A DNA stretch of 64,000 bases. It comes from a virus. Its lineage: Duplodnaviria > Caudoviricetes. Positions within the stretch are counted from its first letter, which is position 1. Each line of letters starts with the position of its first letter. Both the position numbers and the translations under genes were made by a program. Below, in pieces: positions 21,244 to 31,885 of this stretch. The DNA lies in IMG/VR virus record IMGVR_UViG_3300023179_000027, positions 1-64,000 of that record; one strand, given 5' to 3'. The notes under the pieces were generated by a model. That model saw only the letters and a program-made list of their open reading frames with translations. It did not search any database and was not told where the DNA came from.

Positions 21244-22505
21244 AATCTATTAGCAAAACATTTTGTATGCACCCTTTCACTGGACTAGCTACTAGAGAAG
21301 ATGGATCAGTTAAAGTATGTTGTAGATCATTGCCAATTGGGCACATTGAAAAAGAGTCTTTAGAAGAAATTTGGAATAATAATAATATAAAACTTGTACG
21401 TAAACAAGTTTTAAATAATATACGTCCCAATGTTTGTAAACCTTGTTTTGATCTTGAAGATCAGGGAGTGGAAAGTTTAAGACAGAGGCATATAAATGGA
21501 ATTATTCCTGAATCAAGAATCAAACTTTATCCAAATGCATTAAATCAATTAGCAGATGATTATTCAATGCCATTTACCTTTCCCACAATGGAAATTAAAC
21601 TTAATAATTTATGTAATTTAAAATGCAGGATGTGTCATCCATTGGATAGTACTTCTTGGAATGATTGGGATAAAATTGAAGAATTTTACAGTAAGGAAAA
21701 TAATTACCTAGTCCCTGTAATTAACGAATTAGGACTAAAAACTAGTAGATATATATGCCCATTTGAAAACACAGATAATTGGTGGAATAGTTTTGAAAAA
21801 TTATTACCGCACTTTCGTAGAGTTGAGTTTGCTGGAGGCGAACCATTAATGGATCCTCAACATTACAAAATACTTGATATGTTAAAACCCTATGGAAATC
21901 AAATAGAACTAAAATATGCAACAAATGGAACTACATTAGGAATTAGTAAAAATAGAACAATACATGATTATTGGCCATACTTTAAAAGTATTGCAGTAAA
22001 CGTAAGTATAGACGGGTTACATCAGGTATATAATTATATTCGTACCAATAGTGATTTCATACAGGTTGAAAATAATATAAAAGAAATACAAACTTTACCT
22101 AATATTAGTAGGATTGTTGGGGCGTTTACTGCACAGGCAGGTAATATGCTACAAATTGCTGATTGTATTGATTACTTTATAAACAAGATGAACATTGCAT
22201 TTTATAGTCATAGAGTAAGCTATCCGAATTTTTTATCCGCTCAGGTTTTGCCAATGGACCTAAAAGAAAATATAATAAAAGATTTACAACACATAAGCAA
22301 TAAATTAGACAATTACAGTAATATTAAAAAATTTCCTATACTAAAATCAATTACCTTACAACAAATTCAAGATAATATTAATTATCTTAGTGCAACAGAT
22401 CAATTTAATTTATTTCAAACTTTTATAAATTTTAATATCAAATTGGATAAAAGTAGAAAACAAGATATTTTCTCTATATGGCCTATACTAAAAAATTATG
22501 TTTAA
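21240..22505 (+). CDS. radical SAM protein with N-terminal Twitch/SPASM-like domain
   Basis: FCMHPF..VCC..CKPC then CNLKCRMC, GGEP. Confidence 0.9.
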   Translation: MKSISKTFCMHPFTGLATREDGSVKVCCRSLPIGHIEKESLEEIWNNNNIKLVRKQVLNNIRPNVCKPCFDLEDQGVESLRQRHINGIIPESRIKLYPNALNQLADDYSMPFTFPTMEIKLNNLCNLKCRMCHPLDSTSWNDWDKIEEFYSKENNYLVPVINELGLKTSRYICPFENTDNWWNSFEKLLPHFRRVEFAGGEPLMDPQHYKILDMLKPYGNQIELKYATNGTTLGISKNRTIHDYWPYFKSIAVNVSIDGLHQVYNYIRTNSDFIQVENNIKEIQTLPNISRIVGAFTAQAGNMLQIADCIDYFINKMNIAFYSHRVSYPNFLSAQVLPMDLKENIIKDLQHISNKLDNYSNIKKFPILKSITLQQIQDNINYLSATDQFNLFQTFINFNIKLDKSRKQDIFSIWPILKNYV

Positions 22506-23301
22506 GGTTGTCCTAGCTAATAATAACAGCAGGTATGAGTTATTTTTTAAGTTATTACCTACTGACATAGCTAATCGTTGGTATAAAGAATTATTAAATA
22601 ATTATAGGTTATATGAAACTTTAAGATTTACTGACTTTAAAAATAATAATATTGATTTGTTAATACAAAATGAAATTGATATTATTAATTCATATTTTAA
22701 AATAATTTTTAAAAAATTACCTATTAAACCTACACAAAAAGATTACAATGAACTTCATAAAATTTTCGAAGACTTACGCGGAAACATTGAAGTTGGAACA
22801 AATTTTTACAATTATGCTCCTTCTAATATAAAACAAAGTCTTGAACGATTTAATATATACATACATCAAGCAGAAGCACAATTACGAACAAAGGGAAAAC
22901 ACCCAACAATTGTAGTAACTTTTAAGGATAGGCCTAGGCATTTATTGCTAAAGGAAGATTTTAAACATTTTACAACAAAATGGACTGAAGGCATGGTTTA
23001 TATTAATTATTGCCATGTGGGTAAAACTATATTAGATGCTTATAAAGATAATGATGTTATTTGCAAAAATATAGTGCCTCAAACACATTATAGCGCAGAT
23101 TTTATGATAAAATTTGGTCCTAGCACTAATTATTGGGTTGATTTAACTAGACGTTACTTATTAAAGCGATATATACAAAAAAATAAATTTAATTTTAAAA
23201 ATTATAGTTTAGGAATGATTCCTGTTGCACAGTGCATAACAAAATATAATAAAAATATTTTGAATTTTAATAGAGTGGAATCGATAAAATGTATAGTGTA
23301 A
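22498..23301 (+). CDS. hypothetical protein
   Basis: 267 aa ORF overlapping both neighbours. Confidence 0.7.
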   Translation: MFKVVLANNNSRYELFFKLLPTDIANRWYKELLNNYRLYETLRFTDFKNNNIDLLIQNEIDIINSYFKIIFKKLPIKPTQKDYNELHKIFEDLRGNIEVGTNFYNYAPSNIKQSLERFNIYIHQAEAQLRTKGKHPTIVVTFKDRPRHLLLKEDFKHFTTKWTEGMVYINYCHVGKTILDAYKDNDVICKNIVPQTHYSADFMIKFGPSTNYWVDLTRRYLLKRYIQKNKFNFKNYSLGMIPVAQCITKYNKNILNFNRVESIKCIV

Positions 23302-24182
23302 GAAATGTGTGGGGACATGAGAAGTTTATTAAAATAGAATGGAACCTTGGTAAACGATGCAACTACGATTGTAGCTATTGTCCTTCAGTTATACATGATA
23401 ATTTTAGTAAGCATACTGATTTAGAAATTATAAAATTAGCTATAGATAAATTTAAGGAATTTTCTAAACCAGTTAGATTAAGTTTTACAGGAGGCGAACC
23501 AACAGTACATCCTTATTTTTCTGATATTATTGAATATGTAAATCAAAATAATGTTAATTTTATAAGTGTAACAACTAATGGGACTAGATTACCAGATTAT
23601 TATATTAGTTTAAATGTAACACAATATGTTTTTAGTTTACATTTTGAATATGATTATAATAAGGTTTTACAAACAATTATAAAAGTATTTAAACATAAAC
23701 CAAGTCTTTTAGTAAACATTATGGCACATCATGATTATATGGTAGAAGTTAAAAATGTAGTGAACCTCTTAGAGGAAGCAAAAATTCCTTATAATATAAG
23801 GAGAATACGATGGACTGATTTGGATCATGATGATTTTGATGATAATCGCTATCAACCAAAAGATTTAGATTATGTGCTTAAAACTAATTCCACTGTTAAA
23901 CCTAATTGTGTTATAGATAATGTTGAATATTTGCATGCCAATGATATTATTAAATTACATAAAAATAAATTTAAAAACTTTGAATGTAACGCTGGTTTAG
24001 AGAGTCTAATGATAGATCACGATGGAAGTGTTTACAGAGCAACTTGTAGAGTGGGCGGGTGTTTGGGAAATATATATAAAAACACTTTTATTATACCAAA
24101 CACTAGTGTTATTTGCACACGAGAGTTTTGTACATGTGCAGCAGATATACCTCTTACCAAAGTTTTAAAACAGATGACTTAA
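23289..24182 (+). CDS. radical SAM protein with C-terminal SPASM/Twitch domain
   Basis: CNYDCSYC, GGEP, CNAG...TC...CTREFCTC. Confidence 0.9.
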   Translation: MYSVRNVWGHEKFIKIEWNLGKRCNYDCSYCPSVIHDNFSKHTDLEIIKLAIDKFKEFSKPVRLSFTGGEPTVHPYFSDIIEYVNQNNVNFISVTTNGTRLPDYYISLNVTQYVFSLHFEYDYNKVLQTIIKVFKHKPSLLVNIMAHHDYMVEVKNVVNLLEEAKIPYNIRRIRWTDLDHDDFDDNRYQPKDLDYVLKTNSTVKPNCVIDNVEYLHANDIIKLHKNKFKNFECNAGLESLMIDHDGSVYRATCRVGGCLGNIYKNTFIIPNTSVICTREFCTCAADIPLTKVLKQMT

Positions 24183-25550
24183 TTCAGGTATATAGTTTTT
24201 AATATTAATATTGCGTATTATATCCATTTCTTTAATATATTCTTGCAATCCAGGTATTTCCATAGACATATCTTTGCTATTCATGTGTTCTAACACTGCG
24301 TTCCAACGTTTCCAACCATATGGATTTTTAAGCCAATAATCATCATCTTTACGATAATTTTCATATAACCAACTTTTTAATTCTTTAAATCTTTCACTTA
24401 CATCAATTTTGTCAATTTGTGGTAAAACTTGTATACTTAAAAAGGTAGGAATGTATAATAAATGCATATTAATTATTCCTCCGCCTGCTTCTATTCCACC
24501 TATTGTGTTCGTAAAGTTTATTTTTTTATAATTTTGTTTAATTTTCCACTTTGCTAAATCAGGCAAATGTTTTATGTTAAGTATTTGTATAGCAGTTGCA
24601 ATACTAACATGTATGTTGCTTGGTGTATTATCTAAGCGTTCTAAGTTATTTATAATTGTATTCCAATCGCTTGGATAACGTATATAGTAATTTCTATTCT
24701 CTATAGCATCTATACTAAATCCAATTTTAACTTTTTTAAACTGTTTCCATAAATTAATTATATCTTCGTCAAGTTTTAGTCCATTAGTATTATATCTAAT
24801 TAATATATTATTATGATAACCTTTTCTTATTATTTCTTCTAAAAATAATTTATGTTCCTTTATCATAAGAGGTTCCCCACCGGCAAAATATACTTGCTTT
24901 AAATTTGGTATTTGTTCATAAATTTCTTCCCAAAATTTTGGGTTTTCATGCCAAAAATTATCAAAAGTTTTTCTATCCCATGTCATTTGTTTAATTACAC
25001 TTGAGTTGGTTACTTTTTTCATTAGTTTTTTTTGATCAGATACCCATTGACTACTATCATGCGGACTGCACATAATACATTTAAGATTACATGTATGCCC
25101 CAACCTTAGGTCTAGATAAACTAATTCATTTGGTATGGTTCCATCTTTTTCTGTTTTATTTACAAGTTGGTTAATACTAATTCCACTCTCTACCCATTCT
25201 CCTGTTTCCCATAATCTTTTACTTACAACGCCTTTTGATTCCTCTTCATAACATTTACTACAACTTGCAGGAATATTTCCTTGTAACATTGTAGTTCTTA
25301 CACTACGCATGTACTCATTATTCCATGCACTCAATGGAGTTTCTGTTTTAAAATTAGCAGGTCTACCGCTTTCATTTTTTACTAAACCAATTTCATGGTC
25401 AGTGCCTGCTCCGCTGCTATTACTATTGCAACATAATCTCATATCGCCGTTTGGTCTGGTAGCGAAATGCATCCATGGCAATATACAAAAAGTTTTACTA
25501 CCCGACAACTTCCCTATTTTATTTTGCCATTCATTTATCTTATTAATCAT
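24165..25550 (-). CDS. radical SAM protein with N-terminal Twitch/SPASM-like domain
   Basis: FCILPW..LCC..CSKC then CNLKCIMC, GGEP. Confidence 0.9.
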   Translation of the reverse strand: MINKINEWQNKIGKLSGSKTFCILPWMHFATRPNGDMRLCCNSNSSGAGTDHEIGLVKNESGRPANFKTETPLSAWNNEYMRSVRTTMLQGNIPASCSKCYEEESKGVVSKRLWETGEWVESGISINQLVNKTEKDGTIPNELVYLDLRLGHTCNLKCIMCSPHDSSQWVSDQKKLMKKVTNSSVIKQMTWDRKTFDNFWHENPKFWEEIYEQIPNLKQVYFAGGEPLMIKEHKLFLEEIIRKGYHNNILIRYNTNGLKLDEDIINLWKQFKKVKIGFSIDAIENRNYYIRYPSDWNTIINNLERLDNTPSNIHVSIATAIQILNIKHLPDLAKWKIKQNYKKINFTNTIGGIEAGGGIINMHLLYIPTFLSIQVLPQIDKIDVSERFKELKSWLYENYRKDDDYWLKNPYGWKRWNAVLEHMNSKDMSMEIPGLQEYIKEMDIIRNINIKNYIPELSHLF

Positions 25551-25552
25551 TT

Positions 25553-26623
25553 TTATAATGTTTCATAGTTTATTATTTGATTTGGTGTTATACTTATTTG
25601 CCTTACTTTTGATACACCACAATTTTTTGAACATATAAGCAAATCTTTATTTTTCCATTTATTTTCATATATTGTTTGCCAAACTTTAGAGTTTATAATA
25701 TTTTTTATAGTATTTTTATCAAGGGATAAAAAATCGTACCCACCCAAGTCACTTATAAGTTGATCGCATTCTTTGTTTATACGTAATATATATGGATGTA
25801 AAATATCATTTGGTTTGGTATATAGATAAAAACTTGAAGCTATCCAACAACATGGGTACATTATTTTTTGAAAATCAATATAAATTTCTTTTGTTTTTAA
25901 GACTTGGCAACTAGGTTCAGTATTGTTAAACCATTCGTCGAAATTTTGAATGGTATCTTTGTTAACAAAACTTAAAATATTATCATTTGGTGGTTCCAAT
26001 TGATATAAAGTTTTACCATTCTTATCATATACATTAAAATTTTCATCCGTAAATCTTACACTATTTTTAGTAATAAAACTTGAAAAACCAATATCCTTAG
26101 CTAATTTTTTAGCCAATTCAATTTGGTGTGCGTTATGTTTAAAAACAATATAAACCCATTCTGCTGTTCCACCATTTTCTATAAATGATTTGGCATTGTT
26201 AATAATTTTTTCAAAGTTAGTTCCTATTCTATAAAGATGATGTGTATCAGTTAAACCATCTATTCCAAAAACAACTTTATGTTTTTTTGGTAAAGCTTTT
26301 GCTAATTCTGCCCAATAACTTGTTGAACGTATGCTACCATTTGTATGAATATTAATATGTTGATTTGTAATCAATTTTACCATAGATAAAAGATCATTAT
26401 TCATTAATGGATCACCCAAACTTCCACAAAAAGTTATAGTTTTTATTTGATTCAGTACATCATTGTTAAAAATTTTATTAAAATCTTGTAAAGTCCAATC
26501 ATTTAATTTAAGTTTGGGATTAGGCAAGTTACCCCTATAGTTTCTTGCACACATAGGGCAGCTTGCCTGACAATTACTTGTTATTTCAATTTGAATTGTG
26601 TTTAAGTCATTAAAATTAAACAT
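25553..26623 (-). CDS. radical SAM/SPASM protein
   Basis: CQASCPMC, GDP, TNG, PCCW, CSKNC. Confidence 0.9.
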   Translation of the reverse strand: MFNFNDLNTIQIEITSNCQASCPMCARNYRGNLPNPKLKLNDWTLQDFNKIFNNDVLNQIKTITFCGSLGDPLMNNDLLSMVKLITNQHINIHTNGSIRSTSYWAELAKALPKKHKVVFGIDGLTDTHHLYRIGTNFEKIINNAKSFIENGGTAEWVYIVFKHNAHQIELAKKLAKDIGFSSFITKNSVRFTDENFNVYDKNGKTLYQLEPPNDNILSFVNKDTIQNFDEWFNNTEPSCQVLKTKEIYIDFQKIMYPCCWIASSFYLYTKPNDILHPYILRINKECDQLISDLGGYDFLSLDKNTIKNIINSKVWQTIYENKWKNKDLLICSKNCGVSKVRQISITPNQIINYETL

Positions 26624-26681
26624 ATTGATATTTACATTATATTTTTTTTACAATAAATATGTTTGCGGAGATAAAACAGTT

Positions 26682-27455
26682 TTGGAAACCAATATTTTTC
26701 CTAATGTTAAAAATAAATTAAGACCATATCCTAAAAATGATCTAACCAAAAAGGTTGATGTAATTTTTAATTATGATGTGTTAGAATTAGGTTGGTTGAT
26801 CAAAAAATGGTTCCGTTATGATCAAACTCTTTTAAAAGAATGGTATAATGATTTGTTGTTAAATTACGATGATTGGAAATGGAAATACGGTGAGCACAAA
26901 TACATGTGGAAATATGATCCACTCAGTCAATTAGGTAATGATGCACATTTAGAAAATGATACCTCTTGGATAATGTTAACTTGGGGTGATAATAAAGTTG
27001 GACCGGTCCCTTGGTTACGAACTTTAGTAAAAGATGAATATAATGCTGCTATGCCAAGAAATACTAGTGAAAGTAAATTAGTAAAAGAACCAGAATCTTT
27101 AGGTGCAAGAGAATGTTTTTATGGGTATGCTAAACAAGTTATTGAAGAAATGTCATGCGGTCCACATGATATTCAAGTAGCTATACATACTCCTAATACC
27201 AAACTCCCACAACATCAAGATACTCCAGATAAATTAAGATTTCATATGCCAATTATAACAAATACTGATGCTAGATTTATTATAAATGGAAATGATATAC
27301 ATTTACCAGCAGACGGGTGGTGTTATTTGGTAAATACAAGTTACCTACATTCCACACATAATAAAGGAAATACTGATAGGGTTCATATTTATGGTGCTGT
27401 TTGGACACATAATATTTTAGACTGTGATTTAACACAATGCGAGACAGTACTATAA
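26682..27455 (+). CDS. aspartyl/asparaginyl beta-hydroxylase-like oxygenase
   Basis: LPQHQD..RFHMPIITN...LHSTHNKGNTDRVH; start uncertain (TTG 26682 after GGAG). Confidence 0.75.
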   Translation: METNIFPNVKNKLRPYPKNDLTKKVDVIFNYDVLELGWLIKKWFRYDQTLLKEWYNDLLLNYDDWKWKYGEHKYMWKYDPLSQLGNDAHLENDTSWIMLTWGDNKVGPVPWLRTLVKDEYNAAMPRNTSESKLVKEPESLGARECFYGYAKQVIEEMSCGPHDIQVAIHTPNTKLPQHQDTPDKLRFHMPIITNTDARFIINGNDIHLPADGWCYLVNTSYLHSTHNKGNTDRVHIYGAVWTHNILDCDLTQCETVL

Positions 27456-28048
27456 TGGCACCTTATTATCATAAAGTTTATATACCATTTACTATAGAAG
27501 AATACATTAATCTTGAAGTTATAGAAACCTTAAATATAAATTTGTCTATTACTGAAGATAATTATGTACGTAAAGACGTATTATCAAAAGATATACTAAA
27601 TTATGATTTTTGTGCCTATGTAGAAAATATTGCACAAATGAAAATAGGCAAAATATTATTATGGCATTGGCGAATAACTAATCCAAATGTTGCTCATGTA
27701 GACTGTGATGTTACGGGTGTAATATCGCCGCATGGAGCATTTAACTGGACTTATAGTACGGAATATAGTTCAGTCCAGTGGTATGACGTACCTTTTAAAG
27801 AACAATTATATATGGGTAATGAATTTGATAAAAAATATAATTTTAATACACCTACAAGTTATATACCAGTACCTAATATTGATATGACAACAAAGGATGA
27901 TGAATGGGATGACCAAGGACCTGCTATAATTAATACCTCAATACCTCATATGATTTATGCTCCAAATACCAGAGTTTCTGTTAGTTTGCAATTTGCAGGA
28001 CTTTATTCTTTTAACGATTTGTACGAAAGATTTAAAAATGTTTCTTGA
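27437..28048 (+). CDS. 2OG-Fe(II) oxygenase-like protein
   Basis: AHVD...INTSIPH...RVSVS. Confidence 0.6.
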   Translation: MRDSTIMAPYYHKVYIPFTIEEYINLEVIETLNINLSITEDNYVRKDVLSKDILNYDFCAYVENIAQMKIGKILLWHWRITNPNVAHVDCDVTGVISPHGAFNWTYSTEYSSVQWYDVPFKEQLYMGNEFDKKYNFNTPTSYIPVPNIDMTTKDDEWDDQGPAIINTSIPHMIYAPNTRVSVSLQFAGLYSFNDLYERFKNVS

Positions 28049-28622
28049 ACCATCAGAAAAACTAAATCATACTATTTTATTTCAACACTTTGATGATATT
28101 AAAAATGATTATTTTACTTTTAAACAAAATAATTTATTTCAAGATTACATAAGCATAGATGATTGCATTAATAATCCAAAAAATACAGGATATTATTGGC
28201 AAGTCTGTCCTATATTTTTTATGGGTAATATTTTTCCGAATAGTTCACAATTAATTCGTAAAAGTAAAATATTAGATTGTATAACACGATTTACTATTTT
28301 ACCTACAATTGCAACATTTAGTATTTTAGCCCCCAATTCAAAAATTGATACACATAAGGATCATGATGACAATAGAGCTATAGATACAAAAAATATTTTG
28401 GCTGATTTAAGAACTACTTCAATGGTAAAATATCATTTGGCAATTGAAATACCAACCGATAATGTATCAACTATTACAGTATCCGAAGAAACACGTACTT
28501 TAAAAGTTAAAGATTTAAATATTTTTGATGAAACTTCTCCGCATGGTGTAAACAATTATAGTTTAACAATGCCACGTGGGGTATTAATTTGTAGTTGGTT
28601 GAGATCGGATTTATATGAATAA
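28038..28622 (+). CDS. aspartyl/asparaginyl beta-hydroxylase-like oxygenase
   Basis: FSILAPNSKIDTHKD...YHLAIEIP...FDETSPHGVNN; ATG 28038 preferred. Confidence 0.8.
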   Translation: MFLEPSEKLNHTILFQHFDDIKNDYFTFKQNNLFQDYISIDDCINNPKNTGYYWQVCPIFFMGNIFPNSSQLIRKSKILDCITRFTILPTIATFSILAPNSKIDTHKDHDDNRAIDTKNILADLRTTSMVKYHLAIEIPTDNVSTITVSEETRTLKVKDLNIFDETSPHGVNNYSLTMPRGVLICSWLRSDLYE

Positions 28623-29214
28623 TTTTGCAATTGACTTAAATTTAGAAATAGATTATATACTTAAAAATGAAAATTTTTTTAGTACATTAAACTTTACTAA
28701 AGTTAATAAACCAAATCATGTTCAGGTAAATGTAAACGAATGTAAAGATCAATTTTTAGATTGGGTAACCGATTTAGGATTGTTTATTAAACATTTAGAA
28801 ATTTTTTACACTAATCCATATGGCAATATTTTTATACATGTAGATGACATTGATCCAATAGATAGTTGTAAAATTAATTATGTGTATGATTGTGGAAACA
28901 CAACAATGAATTGGTATAGAATAAAAAACAATGCTAGTTTAAAAGTAAAAAACAATAATATAGGTAGTACCTATTTATCCTGTGATAATGAAACTGATTA
29001 TATTTTAGCTTATAAACATGTAATTAAAAAAGGGACTCTAGTAAATGTTGCTATTCCACATGGCGTACAAAATAATAGTAAATACCCAAGATATTGTATA
29101 AGTGTAACTTTTCAATGTAAAAATAATCCTAAAAGAATTGGTTTTAATGAAATGTTACAATTAGTTAACCCATGGATAATTCCCAACGAGGGTAATTTTT
29201 TAAGTCATTTGTAA
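28615..29214 (+). CDS. 2OG-Fe(II) oxygenase-like protein
   Basis: IHVD...VNVAIPHGVQN..RYCIS. Confidence 0.65.
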   Translation: MNNFAIDLNLEIDYILKNENFFSTLNFTKVNKPNHVQVNVNECKDQFLDWVTDLGLFIKHLEIFYTNPYGNIFIHVDDIDPIDSCKINYVYDCGNTTMNWYRIKNNASLKVKNNNIGSTYLSCDNETDYILAYKHVIKKGTLVNVAIPHGVQNNSKYPRYCISVTFQCKNNPKRIGFNEMLQLVNPWIIPNEGNFLSHL

Positions 29215-29752
29215 AAGCTTCACGATCAAACATCCATATTGTTTGTAAGCTGCCTCTATACAACATGTCTTTTTCGTATTTAAGTATACCTTTTTTTTCC
29301 ATTAATGGTGCGAATAATGTGTGAACTGACTTTTGTTTTGCTGTGTTATCGTTGTTAGTAGTTATATATAGTTTACTACATAATGGGGTCCATTGTAAAC
29401 AAGCAGGTATTAAAAATTGACTTGTCACATGTTGATGACTATTAAGACCATTTAATGTACCTAATGTTCTTTGGTTAGTATACCATTTTGGTGTAGGTGC
29501 AAGATTTGAAAAAACACAAGTTCTTGCTGCTATTCTGTAAGAATTTGATCCTAATTCAGGAAAACTATGTGCGCCTATGCTACCTATCGGGGTGTTGTTA
29601 TAATATAAAATAAATATAACGTGTTCTTTTTCACTATAGATACTATCTATTAAACTTTTTTTACTATTATTATTTGTATAACCACGCTTAGATGATTCTT
29701 CATAAAAAAAACTTAAATCTAATGAATCGTTATATGGTACAATTTTATACAA
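29165..29752 (-). CDS. hypothetical protein, possible GNAT-fold acyltransferase
   Basis: Loose GNAT-like pattern (ILYYNNTPIGSIGAH, YRIAART, LYITTN). Confidence 0.4.
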   Translation of the reverse strand: MYKIVPYNDSLDLSFFYEESSKRGYTNNNSKKSLIDSIYSEKEHVIFILYYNNTPIGSIGAHSFPELGSNSYRIAARTCVFSNLAPTPKWYTNQRTLGTLNGLNSHQHVTSQFLIPACLQWTPLCSKLYITTNNDNTAKQKSVHTLFAPLMEKKGILKYEKDMLYRGSLQTIWMFDREAFTNDLKNYPRWELSMG

Positions 29753-30341
29753 CTTTTTTCCCTATTAGCATGAACCTATTATACAATGGTAGTTCAAGCA
29801 CATCTAAATTTATAATATTCAAATTGGATTGTTTTACAAATTCATCTAAGTTTTTAGCTATTCTTATATGTTCATCAATAATATAATTATTGCTTTGCAG
29901 AACGATTATACTATTTTTACTTATGTTGGATAACCATAATTCATAATCTTTTTGGTTAATATGTTCACAACTAGTGTTTATAACTATATCAGACAAATCT
30001 GTATAATCCACCATATTTTTAGTAACAGCATTAAATTTTCCCTGATTATACTCTTCTTGATTCATAATTTTTGCTATTGGTTCAACTAAAGGATCAATAT
30101 CAACATTTATTATATGCTTAATATTTTTAAAACTTTCAAACATCATACTTGCTAATACCCCTACCCAGCCACCATATATTGTTATACAGCAATTATTAAC
30201 TATATAAGGACTAATATTGTCTATTAACCATTCTTTACTACGAATTTGTCCTTGCCAAAATGCGTCTAATGTACGTTGTGGATCAGGACTTTTACGTATT
30301 GCTTGAAACCAATAGTGTAACCTGTCAGTAGAAATTTTCAA
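29745..30341 (-). CDS. class I SAM-dependent methyltransferase
   Basis: IYGGWVG motif I, VDID, DIVINTSCEH. Confidence 0.75.
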   Translation of the reverse strand: MKISTDRLHYWFQAIRKSPDPQRTLDAFWQGQIRSKEWLIDNISPYIVNNCCITIYGGWVGVLASMMFESFKNIKHIINVDIDPLVEPIAKIMNQEEYNQGKFNAVTKNMVDYTDLSDIVINTSCEHINQKDYELWLSNISKNSIIVLQSNNYIIDEHIRIAKNLDEFVKQSNLNIINLDVLELPLYNRFMLIGKKVV

Positions 30342-30845
30342 TTATGTATGCCCTGTTAGTTGTAAAGTATATCTATCTAATTCTCCTAAGTTGGCAGCTA
30401 GATGTGGAGTATCTCCTGTCCACGATACAAAATCTCCTGCTTTCCAATTTGGTAAACTAAAATTTTTAAATTGAAAAATATGTCCTGGACTCCAATCTTC
30501 TAAAAAAATAATTACTCTAGTTATTTTACGAATATCATTTACATTATAATATAAAGAATATTTAGAATATAAGTCACTATGAAAGGGTAACACCAAGCCA
30601 GGTCTTATTTTATGAATAGCATATGACTTATCATGTAGCCATAAAAATTCTTGTTCTAAACTAAATGTTTTTTCTATAAAATTATCTTCGGCCCTAAAAT
30701 ATCCTATTTCTAATTTATATATGTTATAATCTTCGTTGTAGTTTAAATTTATTGATTTGTTTTGGTGATATGGGTAATTGTGAAAATTTAAATTTAAATA
30801 GTCTGATTTTTGCCAATTGCACTGTATTGATCCCTGCATTATCAT
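30342..30845 (-). CDS. 2OG-Fe(II) oxygenase-like protein
   Basis: PGLVLPFHSD...PHLAANLG..RYTLQ; ATGA overlap with upstream gene gives start 30845. Confidence 0.75.
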   Translation of the reverse strand: MIMQGSIQCNWQKSDYLNLNFHNYPYHQNKSINLNYNEDYNIYKLEIGYFRAEDNFIEKTFSLEQEFLWLHDKSYAIHKIRPGLVLPFHSDLYSKYSLYYNVNDIRKITRVIIFLEDWSPGHIFQFKNFSLPNWKAGDFVSWTGDTPHLAANLGELDRYTLQLTGHT

Positions 30846-31885
30846 TTTAGTTCCCCGCAATTTTTTACACAAATACTTGCTTTGTTAGGTTCTTCCCATT
30901 TTGTATTTAAGTCATTAAAAATTCCCATATATATTAACTTTAAAATATTTGAATTGTTAAGGTTATAAACATTATTAAAATGTTTTTTTGTATCGGCAAC
31001 TAAGTTATTACGTAGTTTTTGTATAGTAAAAGTTTCTGTAATAGGTTCCTCTACAATGTCACTGCCTATCCAACAGCATGGAGTAACTATTCCTCTTGCA
31101 TCAACGTAAATAGAACTTTCATTTACACATTTAGGATTTATATTAGAGTTTTTTACTATATTATGCCAAATTTCAATATTATTATTAATTTCATTTAGTT
31201 TAATAATGCTAATTTTTTTATATGGAGTTATATTTGCAGGTTCTAGGTAATATTCATGTTGTAAATTCTTATCTAAAACAGGAAATTTTTCCATATCATA
31301 AAATCTTTTAGTTGATTTAAAGTTTACTTTTTTAAAACCATAATCTAACATAGTTCTTTTAAATTCATCTAATTCATGTTGATTGTGTTTAAAGACTAAA
31401 CAATCAATAGTGGCGATACCGCCTGCTGAAATAAAACTTATAGCATTTTGAATGATTTTGTACCAATTCGTTCCACGCCTATATAAATTATGACTCTCAC
31501 TAAATCCATCTATACCAAATACAACCTCCTGATTGGCTCCTAATATATTAGCTAATTTTTGCCACCAATCGACTGATCTAGCACTGCCGTTGGTATGTAT
31601 AGAAAGTTTTGTGGTTGGATTTACACTACGAACATATTCAAAAATTTCTAAACAATCCTTAGCTATAATTGGATCACCGTAATTACCACAGGCATAAAAA
31701 TTATTTAAATTTTTTAACCAATCTATTGGAAACCAATTTATAAAATCATCCAAATATATTTCATGATTTCCGACAAAAGGTCTTGGCGGACCTCCCTGTA
31801 TATTCCTAGCACACATTGGGCAACTTGCTTGGCATTTATCTGTTAATTCTATATGTAAGCTTGTTATATTTTTTGGGTACGCCAT
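30842..31885 (-). CDS. radical SAM/SPASM protein (paralog of 25553)
   Basis: CQASCPMC, GDP, TNG, PCCW, CVKNC. Confidence 0.9.
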   Translation of the reverse strand: MAYPKNITSLHIELTDKCQASCPMCARNIQGGPPRPFVGNHEIYLDDFINWFPIDWLKNLNNFYACGNYGDPIIAKDCLEIFEYVRSVNPTTKLSIHTNGSARSVDWWQKLANILGANQEVVFGIDGFSESHNLYRRGTNWYKIIQNAISFISAGGIATIDCLVFKHNQHELDEFKRTMLDYGFKKVNFKSTKRFYDMEKFPVLDKNLQHEYYLEPANITPYKKISIIKLNEINNNIEIWHNIVKNSNINPKCVNESSIYVDARGIVTPCCWIGSDIVEEPITETFTIQKLRNNLVADTKKHFNNVYNLNNSNILKLIYMGIFNDLNTKWEEPNKASICVKNCGELK

